A DNA stretch of 64,000 nucleotides from Methanotrichaceae archaeon (lineage in GTDB: Archaea > Halobacteriota > Methanosarcinia > Methanotrichales > Methanotrichaceae). Below, piece after piece: positions 1 to 9,326 of this stretch; position 1 is the stretch's first letter; every line of letters starts with the position of its first letter. The translations under genes were made by a program, and so were the position numbers. The notes under the pieces are model-generated. The model made no database searches. It saw only the letters and a list, made by a program, of their open reading frames with translations, and had not been told where the DNA came from. Location of the stretch: assembly GCA_963803145.1 (NCBI GenBank), contig CAWDLW010000015.1:288001-352000 (forward strand). Direction: 5' to 3'.

Positions 1-154
1 CTGCCTCTAGCTCTTCCAGGGTCAGAGCAACATAGTTGGCTTCCCGGGGGCAACCTGCCTCCCTAGGGCAACCGCCTACGGGCATGAAACATCTGATAGG
101 AGGTATCTCTGATATCCACCGCTTTCCACGACGTCTGCCTCTGCAGGGACACAT
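1..154 (-). CDS. DUF134 (UPF0251) putative DNA-binding protein, 5' part; runs off window edge
   Basis: Manual translation from ATG at 154: MCPCRGRRRGKRWISEIPPIRCFMPVGGCPREAGCPREANYVALTLEELEA..., matching the DUF134 N-terminal R-rich/P-x-F-x-P/L-x-x-EELEA pattern; not in the ORF track. Confidence 0.75.
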   Translation of the reverse strand, partial: MCPCRGRRRGKRWISEIPPIRCFMPVGGCPREAGCPREANYVALTLEELEA

Positions 155-457
155 AGTTATCGCTGTGCTAAGGTAATATTTGAATTTTTGGTTCTTAGAA
201 ATATTTAAATATATCACCTCATAAGCTACTATTACTCATGGGTATGACCCATCTCAGCAGCCCACGCCTGCTGAGGATATAAAGGTCATTGGACGGCTTC
301 AATTCGATAAAATTATAGTTGAGGCAACGATCTACGGCCTGGCTGTAGTATAGATGAAGGCTCCAGCCGCAGATGCCATTATTGTGCTGCGGGAAACTAC
401 AATCAGAGATTTTGGATTATCACTCAACCGCTATAAAAAAGAGAGATCATTAATAGG

Positions 458-751
458 TTACCAGCCCCAATAATATGTGGTTCTAACAGGGCCGTAGACG
501 TTAGCAGCCCACCAAGGGTCAAAGTAATTGTAAGGATCGATGTAATTGTAAACCACTGGTGTGTACCAAGCATAGTATGGAGCCGGATAATACCAGGTGC
601 TATAGTATGTAGTCGGGTACCAAGTTGTGTGGTGCACAGTAGCTACTCCGCCTGGGGAAAGCCAATCATAATGTGGAATTGCCATTGCTGTACCCATAAA
701 GCAGAACAGCCCACAAGCCATAATTACCATTGCAAGTTTGATCGTGCTAAT
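458..751 (-). CDS. Small secreted Tyr/Trp/Pro-rich protein; possible ATT start at 751 (first ATG at 730)
   Basis: Hydrophobic signal peptide ending AMA, then Y/W/P-rich tail; GGAGG 7 nt upstream of an in-frame ATT. Confidence 0.65.
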   Translation of the reverse strand: MSTIKLAMVIMACGLFCFMGTAMAIPHYDWLSPGGVATVHHTTWYPTTYYSTWYYPAPYYAWYTPVVYNYIDPYNYFDPWWAANVYGPVRTTYYWGW

Positions 752-980
752 TGTAATTCCTCCACTGAGTTAAACATCCGCTCTGCATAAAAGGGTACTT
801 TTTATGTGGGCCTCGCCTTAAAGTCATATGAATCACCGCTATTTAGATAGCGATATTTTATGGGCAGGATTCGCCAGAAAGTTGGTTCATAGGCGGTGGT
901 CGACCATGGCAATATCGAGCAGTACCTCATATCTTTTACGCGGCAGTAAGTTCTTACTCTTAGACTCTTGAGTTTAAATT

Positions 981-1766
981 ATGGATCGTATATTCGATGA
1001 AACCATCGATTTAGAGATAGGCTCGCTTTATCAGGCGAGATCGGTCGAAGAGATTCCAAACGCACAAGATGGAGGAGTGGTCAGCTGCCTTTTGGGGTAT
1101 GCCCTGGATAAAGGCATAATAAAAGGAGCAGTAGTTGTGGGGAAGGATGACCATTGGAATACATTTCCAGTGCTTGTGACCGATTCGAGAGAGCTCAAAA
1201 AATATGCGGGAAGCGTTTATTTTCCCATAAATAACAGAGAGCATAGGGCGATGATCAGAAGGGCAATAGATACTTACGGAGATATTGGAATAGTAGTCAC
1301 GCCTGGTGAGATGAGCGTTCTTGGCACGGGCACCAATATAGTAAGGCCTGATGAAATTTTTCTGAAAATAGGACTTTTTTGCCTTGGAAGTTTTAGGCCA
1401 GAGGAATTCTGGAATTACGTAGACGGAGAAATAAAAAGAGAAGATATTAAGAGATTTGAGATTGGTGCGGAGCTCAAACTTATCGATAAAGAAGGAAGAA
1501 CGGTTTTCCAAAGGCCAGTCAATGAAGCTCACGATTATTCAACTTCTTGGTGCAAAAAGTGCCATTATTTCATACCCGATACTGCCGACCTGTCCATCGG
1601 ATCGGGGCCAAAAAAGGGTACGAGCGCGGTTTATCTGCAAACCACAAGAGGCTTGGAAATCTTCAGGAAAGCGTATGAAGACGGCCGGATGATTGTAACA
1701 GAGATACCGCCAAAATTTAAGGAAAGGTTCGAAAAGACCATGCATCAAAAGCGAGGGTTTATCTAA
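981..1766 (+). CDS. Coenzyme F420 hydrogenase/dehydrogenase beta-subunit (FrhB/FdhB) family protein, no ferredoxin domain
   Basis: QDGGVVS, IGLFC, CxxC and ADLSIG motifs; the usual GxPCQ motif reads VTPGE. Confidence 0.8.
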   Translation: MDRIFDETIDLEIGSLYQARSVEEIPNAQDGGVVSCLLGYALDKGIIKGAVVVGKDDHWNTFPVLVTDSRELKKYAGSVYFPINNREHRAMIRRAIDTYGDIGIVVTPGEMSVLGTGTNIVRPDEIFLKIGLFCLGSFRPEEFWNYVDGEIKREDIKRFEIGAELKLIDKEGRTVFQRPVNEAHDYSTSWCKKCHYFIPDTADLSIGSGPKKGTSAVYLQTTRGLEIFRKAYEDGRMIVTEIPPKFKERFEKTMHQKRGFI

Positions 1767-1816
1767 ACAGGCAAGAGCCAAGGATTACGCCCAGAAAACG
1801 AAATGCTTATGTAGCA

Positions 1817-1930
1817 TCAGTGGCAGCAATGGTGCTCATGGTGGTGCTCTTCATCACGACAGTGCTCATGAGTATGCACCACGCCTGATTCGTGTTTATG
1901 CTCATGCTCATCACTGGTATGACAGCACAT
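1817..1930 (-). CDS. 37-aa His/Cys-rich putative metal-binding micropeptide
   Basis: MCCHTSDEHEHKHESGVVHTHEHCRDEEHHHEHHCCH*; GGAGGTGA RBS 4 nt upstream; TATTTAAA box at about 1973-1980. Confidence 0.8.
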   Translation of the reverse strand: MCCHTSDEHEHKHESGVVHTHEHCRDEEHHHEHHCCH

Positions 1931-2020
1931 CAGCTTCACCTCCAATTAAAATTTTATCTCGCGTTCTTAGCATTTAAATAGTCCTTATAATCTAAATATC
2001 TTTTGGCCGATAGTATAAAG

Positions 2021-3079
2021 TGTAGAGTCCCGAATGTTTTGACTTTATATACTCGGTCTCTACTTTTAGGTTCTATCTCTAACATTTAATTCAGTCTCCA
2101 TACGATCGAGAAACATTTTCAGCTTGCACCCTTCTGGTAGCCTGGACCAGAAAGCACTATCTGGCGTCTGAAGATACCATTTTGTATCGAGCGATTCATG
2201 GAACCTAACAGTGTTATACCAATCCATGAAATTGTCAAAATTATCGAACCTAGACCTGTTCTTTTGGTATGTATCATTCCATTTTTCGAATTTGCCATTT
2301 GTCTGAGGGTGTTTGACTCTCGCTTTAATATGGACTATTTTATTATCCTTAAGGAAGTTCTCAAATCTGCTATCGGCCTCTCCCTTTTTATCTCGTTTAT
2401 TGGCATAGAACTGAGTTCCATGATCAGTCATTACCTGACTGATTCCCGTCAGCCATCCAAAGTTATCCAGCGCCTCCTGAAGGAGCATGATACTATTCTC
2501 AGTAGTTTCTGCATCGAACTCTCCGCCTGCGAGAATTCGCCGCGAACTATCATCAAGAACTGCACATACCTTTTTTCCATTGAGCTTACTGGTATGCCAG
2601 TCCAGATGTACCAGTGTCAGGCTGTGCTTGCGTTCCCACCTGACCCAAGGTTTTCTACGCTTCGCTTTATTACGGTTTACTTTAGCTTGGCCATGATTCA
2701 GCAGAACCTTGTGAATTGTGTTGTGAGGGATATGTTTTCCGTACTTGAATTCTATGATCTTTTCAAGACGCCTTGCCCCCAAATTTTGCTCTTTGTTGGT
2801 TTCTAATATCAATCTCTCTGATTCCTCATCAACATCTTTTTTCTTACGTCCAAATTTGTTAATGTTTAGGGGCATCTTGGTTTTCATCCAATGCATCCAG
2901 ACTCGCTTAACGGTTGACTCGCTGACTTTCATCTCAGCAGCGATTCTTTTGGTGCTGATGTTACTGGTTTTAGCTCGGATTATGTACCGGATCTTTCTTT
3001 GTGTTAGCTTTACAACCTTATTCTTCTTTCCCATGCCCCTTTGGTGGGTATATAAAGTCAAAGATTTCGGGACTACACA
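2021..3079 (-). mobile_element. IS481-family insertion sequence
   Basis: 32-bp imperfect IRs (TGTAGAGTCCCGAA..GACTTTATATAC / TGTGTAGTCCCGAA..GACTTTATATAC); 15-bp direct repeat GCCGATAGTATAAAG at 2006-2020 and 3080-3094. Confidence 0.92.
2066..3034 (-). CDS. IS481-family DDE transposase (rve core)
   Basis: N-terminal HTH; HLD..DDSSR..TDHGTQF..HPQTNGKFEKWN integrase-core motifs. Confidence 0.9.
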   Translation of the reverse strand: MGKKNKVVKLTQRKIRYIIRAKTSNISTKRIAAEMKVSESTVKRVWMHWMKTKMPLNINKFGRKKKDVDEESERLILETNKEQNLGARRLEKIIEFKYGKHIPHNTIHKVLLNHGQAKVNRNKAKRRKPWVRWERKHSLTLVHLDWHTSKLNGKKVCAVLDDSSRRILAGGEFDAETTENSIMLLQEALDNFGWLTGISQVMTDHGTQFYANKRDKKGEADSRFENFLKDNKIVHIKARVKHPQTNGKFEKWNDTYQKNRSRFDNFDNFMDWYNTVRFHESLDTKWYLQTPDSAFWSRLPEGCKLKMFLDRMETELNVRDRT

Positions 3080-3128
3080 GCCGATAGTATAAAGCTTATA
3101 AGAGATTAACTTCTATCATCAAGGGAGC

Positions 3129-4370
3129 TTGAATAAGTTAATGAATGGCTTTCACAGAACCGAACCCACAATATGCAGGGTTGCTCTATACTCACTGCTG
3201 CTAAACCTGTCTCTAGTATCCACTAAGCTTGTGCTCTCTATAATCACGGGCAGCCTAGCGCTACGCGCCGATGCTATACACTCTTTGGTTGATGTTTTTG
3301 GATCGTTAGCTCTGATAATGGGATTGGTTATATCCAGCAGAAAGAGCAGCAGCTTCCCATATGGTCTTTACAAAGTAGAGAATATGGTTTCGATTATTAT
3401 ATCTTTATTGCTCTTTTCGACGGCCTATGAGATCGTCAGGGAGGCATTAACTGTGGAACAGTCAATCAATCCCTATGGCGAATGGGTTCTATTGGTTGCG
3501 GGTTTTATGATCCCAATCCCGCTTCTGTTCGGTCGCTTTGAGGTAAGGGCTGGACAGAAAGCAAACTCCCCAAGCCTGATTGCTGATGGCAGCCAGTTCA
3601 AGATAGATGCCTTTACAGCATCTATAGTTCTTTTCGCTTTGGTTGGTCAGCATTATGGCGCCCCTCTGGATAGAATCGCAGCAATAGTGGTTGCTATTTT
3701 CGTAGTCAGAGCAGGTTGGAGCATCCTGGTAAGCGGGATGCGGGTGCTCTTGGATGCATCTGTGGACGCACAGACACTGGAGAAAATTCGGATAGCGATA
3801 GAGGCCGAACCAGATGTGAGTGCTGTGAAGTCAGTCACAGCTCGTAACTCTGGACGATATCTTTTCGTTGAGGCTACGGTAGCGCTGCGTATCACCGACC
3901 TGACGAAAGCGCATCAGGCTAGCGAGCGTATAGAGAAGAAGATACGGGAAGCAGTGCCCCATGTGGATCGAGTCATAATACATTATGAGCCCCAGAGCAG
4001 GACCCGGATTCGCTATGCTATTCCTCTAGCAGATGCCGGCGGAGAGATCAGCCTCCACTTTGGAGAGGCTCCCTACTTTGCCCTGGTGGAGATAGATATG
4101 CAACAGAAGATAGTCTCCCGACGGGAAGTGCTGGCCAATCCTTATAAGGATCTGGCAAAGGGTCGGGGACTACGGGTAGCTGAGTTCCTGCTCGACCACA
4201 AGCCGGATTTAGTCCTGACCAGAGAAAACCTCTCAGGAAAAGGCCCCGGCTATGTCTTCGCCGAGGCAGGTGTGGAGATAGTGCAGACCGAGGTCGAGAC
4301 GTTGGGAAAGCTAATTGTTGATCTGCTAGCAGGGCTCGAAACTAATTCTTCAAAGGACCTATCTACATAA
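3129..4370 (+). CDS. Cation diffusion facilitator transporter fused to C-terminal NifX/NifB-type (COG1433) domain
   Basis: ADAIHSLVD and FPYG CDF motifs, ZT dimer domain, C-terminal ISLHFGEAPYF. Confidence 0.88.
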   Translation: MNKLMNGFHRTEPTICRVALYSLLLNLSLVSTKLVLSIITGSLALRADAIHSLVDVFGSLALIMGLVISSRKSSSFPYGLYKVENMVSIIISLLLFSTAYEIVREALTVEQSINPYGEWVLLVAGFMIPIPLLFGRFEVRAGQKANSPSLIADGSQFKIDAFTASIVLFALVGQHYGAPLDRIAAIVVAIFVVRAGWSILVSGMRVLLDASVDAQTLEKIRIAIEAEPDVSAVKSVTARNSGRYLFVEATVALRITDLTKAHQASERIEKKIREAVPHVDRVIIHYEPQSRTRIRYAIPLADAGGEISLHFGEAPYFALVEIDMQQKIVSRREVLANPYKDLAKGRGLRVAEFLLDHKPDLVLTRENLSGKGPGYVFAEAGVEIVQTEVETLGKLIVDLLAGLETNSSKDLST

Positions 4371-4561
4371 CCATAATTGCTTATATGGATTTACTTGAAC
4401 GCCATATGGAGCAGGCTAACGATCAATATTTTCAATTAACCAGTTAGCGCCAACAATGCTTTCCAAGATGCTGTGCGTATATGCCCTTCTTCGATTTGAG
4501 TTAATTTTAAATACAAAATCGCATATTGGCATAATTGTTTCGAAAGACAGTGAGGTATTTA

Positions 4562-4921
4562 ATGAAGGTATGCATCCCAACTATGGGCGACGGCGGCATG
4601 GAAGCGTCAGTTTCTCAGCACTTCGGACGGGCTCCCACTTTCACAATTGTGAATCTAGACACCAGAGAAGTGCAAATCTTAGCCAACAAGGGAGAACACA
4701 TGGGCGGCAACGTCTTGCCGACGGATACGCTCAAAGATCAGGGAGTTCAGGTTATAATCGTGGGTAACCTGGGGCCTAAGGCCATCCAAGCCTTTGCTGA
4801 GCAATGTATTGAAGTTTTCGTCGGGGCGACGGGCACGGTCAAGGATGCCATCGATGACTGGAGAGAAGGGCTACTGACGAAAGCAAGCTCTGATAACGCC
4901 TGTCAGGAGCACAGACATTAG
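4562..4921 (+). CDS. NifB/NifX-family (dinitrogenase FeMo-cofactor biosynthesis domain) protein
   Basis: VSQHFGRAPTF, LGPKA, GTVKDAI motifs; C-terminal CQEHRH. Confidence 0.88.
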   Translation: MKVCIPTMGDGGMEASVSQHFGRAPTFTIVNLDTREVQILANKGEHMGGNVLPTDTLKDQGVQVIIVGNLGPKAIQAFAEQCIEVFVGATGTVKDAIDDWREGLLTKASSDNACQEHRH

Positions 4922-4952
4922 AAAGAAGGCTTACACATAGGAGTATGATAGC

Positions 4953-6557
4953 TTGGCACCTTTTATCGAGATCCGGAACCTGACAGTTCGTTTTGGAGAA
5001 GTTGAAGCCCTGCATAATATCAACCTAACTATAGAGGAGGGCGAGTCGGTAGGCATCCTGGGGAGGAGCGGCTCAGGCAAGAGCATCCTATTGCATGTAC
5101 TCAGGGGAACTGAGACATTTCAGGATATCAGCGGAAGCGTGATCTACCATGTGGCCAGGTGCAAGGCATGTGGGCATGTCGAACCGCCAAGCCTGGCAGG
5201 GAAGACATGCAGGTGCGGCGGCATTTTAGAGCCAATTGATGCCGATTTCGCTGCTCTGGATGTCAATAATTCCTTGAGGAGAGATGTGGCCAGGAGAATT
5301 GCCATAATGCTTCAGAGGACATTTGCCCTCTATGGAGACGAGAGGGTAATAGTCAACGTAATGAGGGCAGTAGAGGAGTCTGGAGATGGAAATACCATGA
5401 GCGTCCAGAGGGCTGCGGATCTGCTAGATGAGGTCGATATGTCTCACCGCATGATGCATGTGGCCCGTGAGCTATCAGGAGGCGAGAAGCAGCGTGTGGT
5501 CTTAGCCAGGCAGCTGGCTAAGTCACCGATGATCCTTCTGGCTGATGAGCCTACGGGAACGCTCGATCCAGCAACGGCTGAATTGGTCCATGAGTCCATA
5601 AGGCGAGCAGTCAAGGACTTTAGGATGACTCTAATCATCACAAGCCATTGGGAAGATGTGATGGTTAACCTGGCAGATAGGGCCGTACTTATGGATAAGG
5701 GGCAGATCAAATCCATAGGTTTGCCTGGGGATGTGGCTGCCGAGTTTATAGCCATGGCCGGGGAGCTAGGCAAGCGCGAGGCTGTAGAGGTTGGCGAGCC
5801 TATAATAAAAGGCAGTGGCCTCTCCAAGCGCTACATAAGCATTGATCGAGGCGTTGTCAAGGCAGTAGATAGTGTAAATTTTGAAGTCAAGGAAGGCGAG
5901 ATCTTCGGCATGGTAGGAGTCAGTGGTGGAGGAAAAACCACACTATCTAGGCTCATAAGCGGGCTCGTCACGCCGACTTTCGGGAATATATCTGTTAGAG
6001 TTGGAGATGATTGGATAGATATGACAGTCTTAGGCTCCGGAGGCCGGGGAAGAGCTACAAAATATATCGGAGTGCTTCACCAGGAGTACACGCTTTATCC
6101 CTCCAGATCTGTTATAGAAAATCTGACGGAATCAATAGGCTTATCGCTTCCATTCGAGCTTGCAGAGAGAAAGGCAATTCATACGCTGACTACGGTTGGC
6201 TTTACAGAGGAGCAGGCTGAGGCTGTGCTTGCCAAAATGCCGGACGAACTGAGCGAAGGTGAACGGCATAGAATTGCCATGGCCCAGGTGCTGATAAAAG
6301 AGCCTAGCATAATTGTTCTGGATGAGCCGACTGGAACCATGGATGCCATAACCAAGGTTGAGGTGACGAAATCTATTCTCAGCGCTCGTGAAGAGCTGAG
6401 TGAGACATTTGTTATAGTCAGCCATGATATGGACTTCGTGAAAAACGTATGCGATAGGGCTATGCTAATGCGTAATGGAAAGGCCGTGTTCACTGGCAAT
6501 CCTGATGATGTTTTGGCCAAGATTACTGAAGAAGAGCATGAGCTGATGGATAGCTAA
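4953..6557 (+). CDS. atwA: Methyl-coenzyme M reductase system component A2 (double ABC ATPase)
   Basis: Two ABC cassettes, Zn-binding insert CKAC..CRCG, IAIMLQRTFALY, HRMMHVARELSGGEKQRVVLARQLAK. Confidence 0.93.
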   Translation: MAPFIEIRNLTVRFGEVEALHNINLTIEEGESVGILGRSGSGKSILLHVLRGTETFQDISGSVIYHVARCKACGHVEPPSLAGKTCRCGGILEPIDADFAALDVNNSLRRDVARRIAIMLQRTFALYGDERVIVNVMRAVEESGDGNTMSVQRAADLLDEVDMSHRMMHVARELSGGEKQRVVLARQLAKSPMILLADEPTGTLDPATAELVHESIRRAVKDFRMTLIITSHWEDVMVNLADRAVLMDKGQIKSIGLPGDVAAEFIAMAGELGKREAVEVGEPIIKGSGLSKRYISIDRGVVKAVDSVNFEVKEGEIFGMVGVSGGGKTTLSRLISGLVTPTFGNISVRVGDDWIDMTVLGSGGRGRATKYIGVLHQEYTLYPSRSVIENLTESIGLSLPFELAERKAIHTLTTVGFTEEQAEAVLAKMPDELSEGERHRIAMAQVLIKEPSIIVLDEPTGTMDAITKVEVTKSILSAREELSETFVIVSHDMDFVKNVCDRAMLMRNGKAVFTGNPDDVLAKITEEEHELMDS

Positions 6558-6881
6558 TTCCGAGGGTATATCGAATATATGGAGGCTCACTGGAATTGGA
6601 GTTCGACCAAGTTGGCCATGATATTCATCATCAACGTTATACAAAGCTATAACAGCTGATGAAGGCGGATATTTTGATGTATCACCAAATTTGGTTACTA
6701 GCGGGCCAAGTGATAGGCTGGCGAATTACTGGCATGTGGTCGCCCTGAAATATGCCTCCCAGATAGTGATACCTATGGAAGTAGGTGGTTCTGTTGAATC
6801 TTATGGTGGTAGCTTGGATAAATCGATATCATTCAATCACCCCAAATTCCATAACACCATCGGATGCAACAGAATACTGAT

Positions 6882-7334
6882 TCACCTAGATACGTCTCCT
6901 TCAATCATCAAGTTCATGACATAATCGAACTCCATCGCCTGGCACCATCCGGACTTCTCAAAGATGGACATAAAGCAGACACCTATGAGCTTTTTGTACT
7001 TAACCTTGGTTAGAAAATTTTTCATTTCTTCAGGTTTTACGCCTATCTTGGGCATGGCCATACCTCCTAGAACTACGACCACATCTGCATCGGCGCTGCT
7101 TCCCTCACCAAGTTCCAACCCATACTCCGTTGAGATTATTTTGCGCGCTTTTTCCTTATTTAGGCTCGGCACGAAAGCCAGCTCTTTGTCTCGAACTGGA
7201 TAGCCCAGGAAGAGTGCAAAAGGCGTACAAAAACCAGGGGACCCAACGAAGGTTATCTTCTTTTCATCTTTCACCAGATCTCTGAAGCCGTTCAGCATTC
7301 CGCCGAGGCCTTTAACATCCTGAACCTTTTCCAT
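6882..7334 (-). CDS. DUF2124 family protein (methanogen-associated)
   Basis: GSPGFCTPFA, VVLGGMAMP, IGVCFMSIF motifs. Confidence 0.8.
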   Translation of the reverse strand: MEKVQDVKGLGGMLNGFRDLVKDEKKITFVGSPGFCTPFALFLGYPVRDKELAFVPSLNKEKARKIISTEYGLELGEGSSADADVVVVLGGMAMPKIGVKPEEMKNFLTKVKYKKLIGVCFMSIFEKSGWCQAMEFDYVMNLMIEGDVSR

Positions 7335-7471
7335 AATGATCTGTTCAGACTACATCTCCTAGAGCATTAACTTTTGGTTAGGGAAAGAGAATCAAATGTG
7401 ATGCAATCCTCCGCAGCAGTCAAGCGTAAGTAAGAAATGCTGATTTACCCACTGTACCCATTGGAGATTAT

Positions 7472-8182
7472 ATGAACCTTAATGAAATATCCGATGTTTT
7501 GAAGACATCCCTTGGGATCAAAGATAACCCAGTTGGCGTAGTCCTATTTAAGAGAGAGGAGGACATACCGAAAGAGATAATGGTCACAGAGCGGCCTTTT
7601 AACTACTGCCAGATGATCCAGGGTGCCAGGCTGAATGGTGAGAGCTTCCTTGCACATGCCGATTATCATAAGTGCAAAGGAGGCGCAGCAGGCCTTGGCC
7701 TATTGGAGTGTCCTGAGAATATTTCATCAGGAACTCTGTATTTTGAAAAGCTTCATAAATGCGCGTCTAAGGAGGCCGGATCACAAATCGCTGCCAATAT
7801 GCCTCGCCTGCCCGCCGGTTCAACCGTGGCGACATATGTCGCTCCTCTGGACAAGATGGTGGTCAGCCCAGATATCGTCATAGTGGTGGGCGCTCCGCTC
7901 GCGGCCAGGAGAATCACTCAGGCTGAGATGTATGCCGAAGGTGGAAGGGCGAATTTCAGCACCGCAGGAATTCAGTCCTTCTGTGTCGACGCTACTGCAT
8001 CTCCATATCTTAAAGGTGAGGTCAATGTATCTCTTGGATGCGATGGATCTGCCAGGAATGCCAACCTTGAGGATGAAAGCGTAGTCATAGGCATACCCTT
8101 CGATGTGCTAAAACAGATCACCCCAGTTCTCAAAGAGCACTATAAGGGATGGGATGCCTTCATGAGGAGCAAACCAAGCTAG
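7472..8182 (+). CDS. DUF169 family protein
   Basis: PVGV, YCQMI, CKGGAAGLG, SLGCDGSAR motifs. Confidence 0.85.
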   Translation: MNLNEISDVLKTSLGIKDNPVGVVLFKREEDIPKEIMVTERPFNYCQMIQGARLNGESFLAHADYHKCKGGAAGLGLLECPENISSGTLYFEKLHKCASKEAGSQIAANMPRLPAGSTVATYVAPLDKMVVSPDIVIVVGAPLAARRITQAEMYAEGGRANFSTAGIQSFCVDATASPYLKGEVNVSLGCDGSARNANLEDESVVIGIPFDVLKQITPVLKEHYKGWDAFMRSKPS

Positions 8183-8390
8183 CTCCCCTACATAAGATTT
8201 TTAAAGAGTAGTCAAGTTTCATGGGCATATATGCCTTAGATTGCCAAATATGTTACATATAGTACCCAAAAGAGAGCAGAAGAAACATACCTTTGATAAG
8301 ATGTTATTGTTTATTCCAATAATCTTCCATGCCACCTGGAGGATATGAAGGCTCTAATTATAGATTCCATGAGCCTGCAATAAAGATATG

Positions 8391-9275
8391 CTAGAGTTCT
8401 ATCAGGTCTCCTGAGGCCAGAGGCTGACACCGGTCTCCAAGAGAATCCATAAGGCAGCAGATAGCCTTGGTACCTGTGCAATGCCCTGGCCTGAGTATTT
8501 CAGGATCGAGCTTTACCATCTCCTTCGCCATCAACGCCATGTGATCCTTATCCGCTCCATTGAGATGAAAACCACCTATCACTGCATACAGATCCTCAAT
8601 GCCGGTAATCTTTTGAGCGTACTTTGTAGTGTTTATTATCCCTGAATGAGCACAGCCAGAGACGACCACGAGTCCTTTGCCTTCGATGTTTACTATCATG
8701 GCCTGATCGCCCTGAATAAGGTCCTGCGAATATATGCCCTCCTTAGTTGTATAGAAGCCGGCCACCTTTTCAAAGGGCATCTCTCGTATTATTTCGCCTG
8801 TTGTCATAAATCCATCAACCAAAGTGACAGGATTTCTGGCATATACCATGACAGCGCCTGATGCCTCTGCTTCTGTTTGGGAGAAGGGCGGACCAATGAA
8901 CTTCAGAAAAGGCTTTGATTTCAGCTTGGGAGAGAAGATATCTGGATGGGCTAAAACTGGTATCCGCTTATTTACCCTTTTCAAGACCCCAATCAGGCCG
9001 CCAGTATGGTCGTAATGCCCGTGGCTTAGAAAGATGAGGTCGATATCATTCAGGTCAAGCTTCAGGGCATCAGCATTGTGAATAGTGACTTCAGAGGATG
9101 ATCCCGTATCCATCAGTACTTTCAGTTTCTCAGAGCAACCCAAATCCAGCTCCAAAAAAAAGCTGAGCCCATGCTGTCCCCATATCAGGGGGTCTGTTGT
9201 AGAGGCGGAATCCTCCACCACTACTCTGAGCTTTAGCCCTTTAACCATGGTATTGAACAGGCATCCTCCATGCAT
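8391..9275 (-). CDS. MBL-fold metallo-hydrolase (COG1237-like); start may be 9248
   Basis: HGLS, LMDTG, SHGHYDHTGG, GCAHSG, IGGFHL, PGHCTG. Confidence 0.88.
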   Translation of the reverse strand: MHGGCLFNTMVKGLKLRVVVEDSASTTDPLIWGQHGLSFFLELDLGCSEKLKVLMDTGSSSEVTIHNADALKLDLNDIDLIFLSHGHYDHTGGLIGVLKRVNKRIPVLAHPDIFSPKLKSKPFLKFIGPPFSQTEAEASGAVMVYARNPVTLVDGFMTTGEIIREMPFEKVAGFYTTKEGIYSQDLIQGDQAMIVNIEGKGLVVVSGCAHSGIINTTKYAQKITGIEDLYAVIGGFHLNGADKDHMALMAKEMVKLDPEILRPGHCTGTKAICCLMDSLGDRCQPLASGDLIEL

Positions 9276-9326
9276 AGGGAGATTCTAAACAGACATATGG
9301 GCTCCAAACAAGTCGATACTAGAGGC

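Noticed and set aside
6558-6924. 77-aa ORF downstream of atwA
   Set aside because: No RBS or recognisable motif; overlaps the DUF2124 3' end
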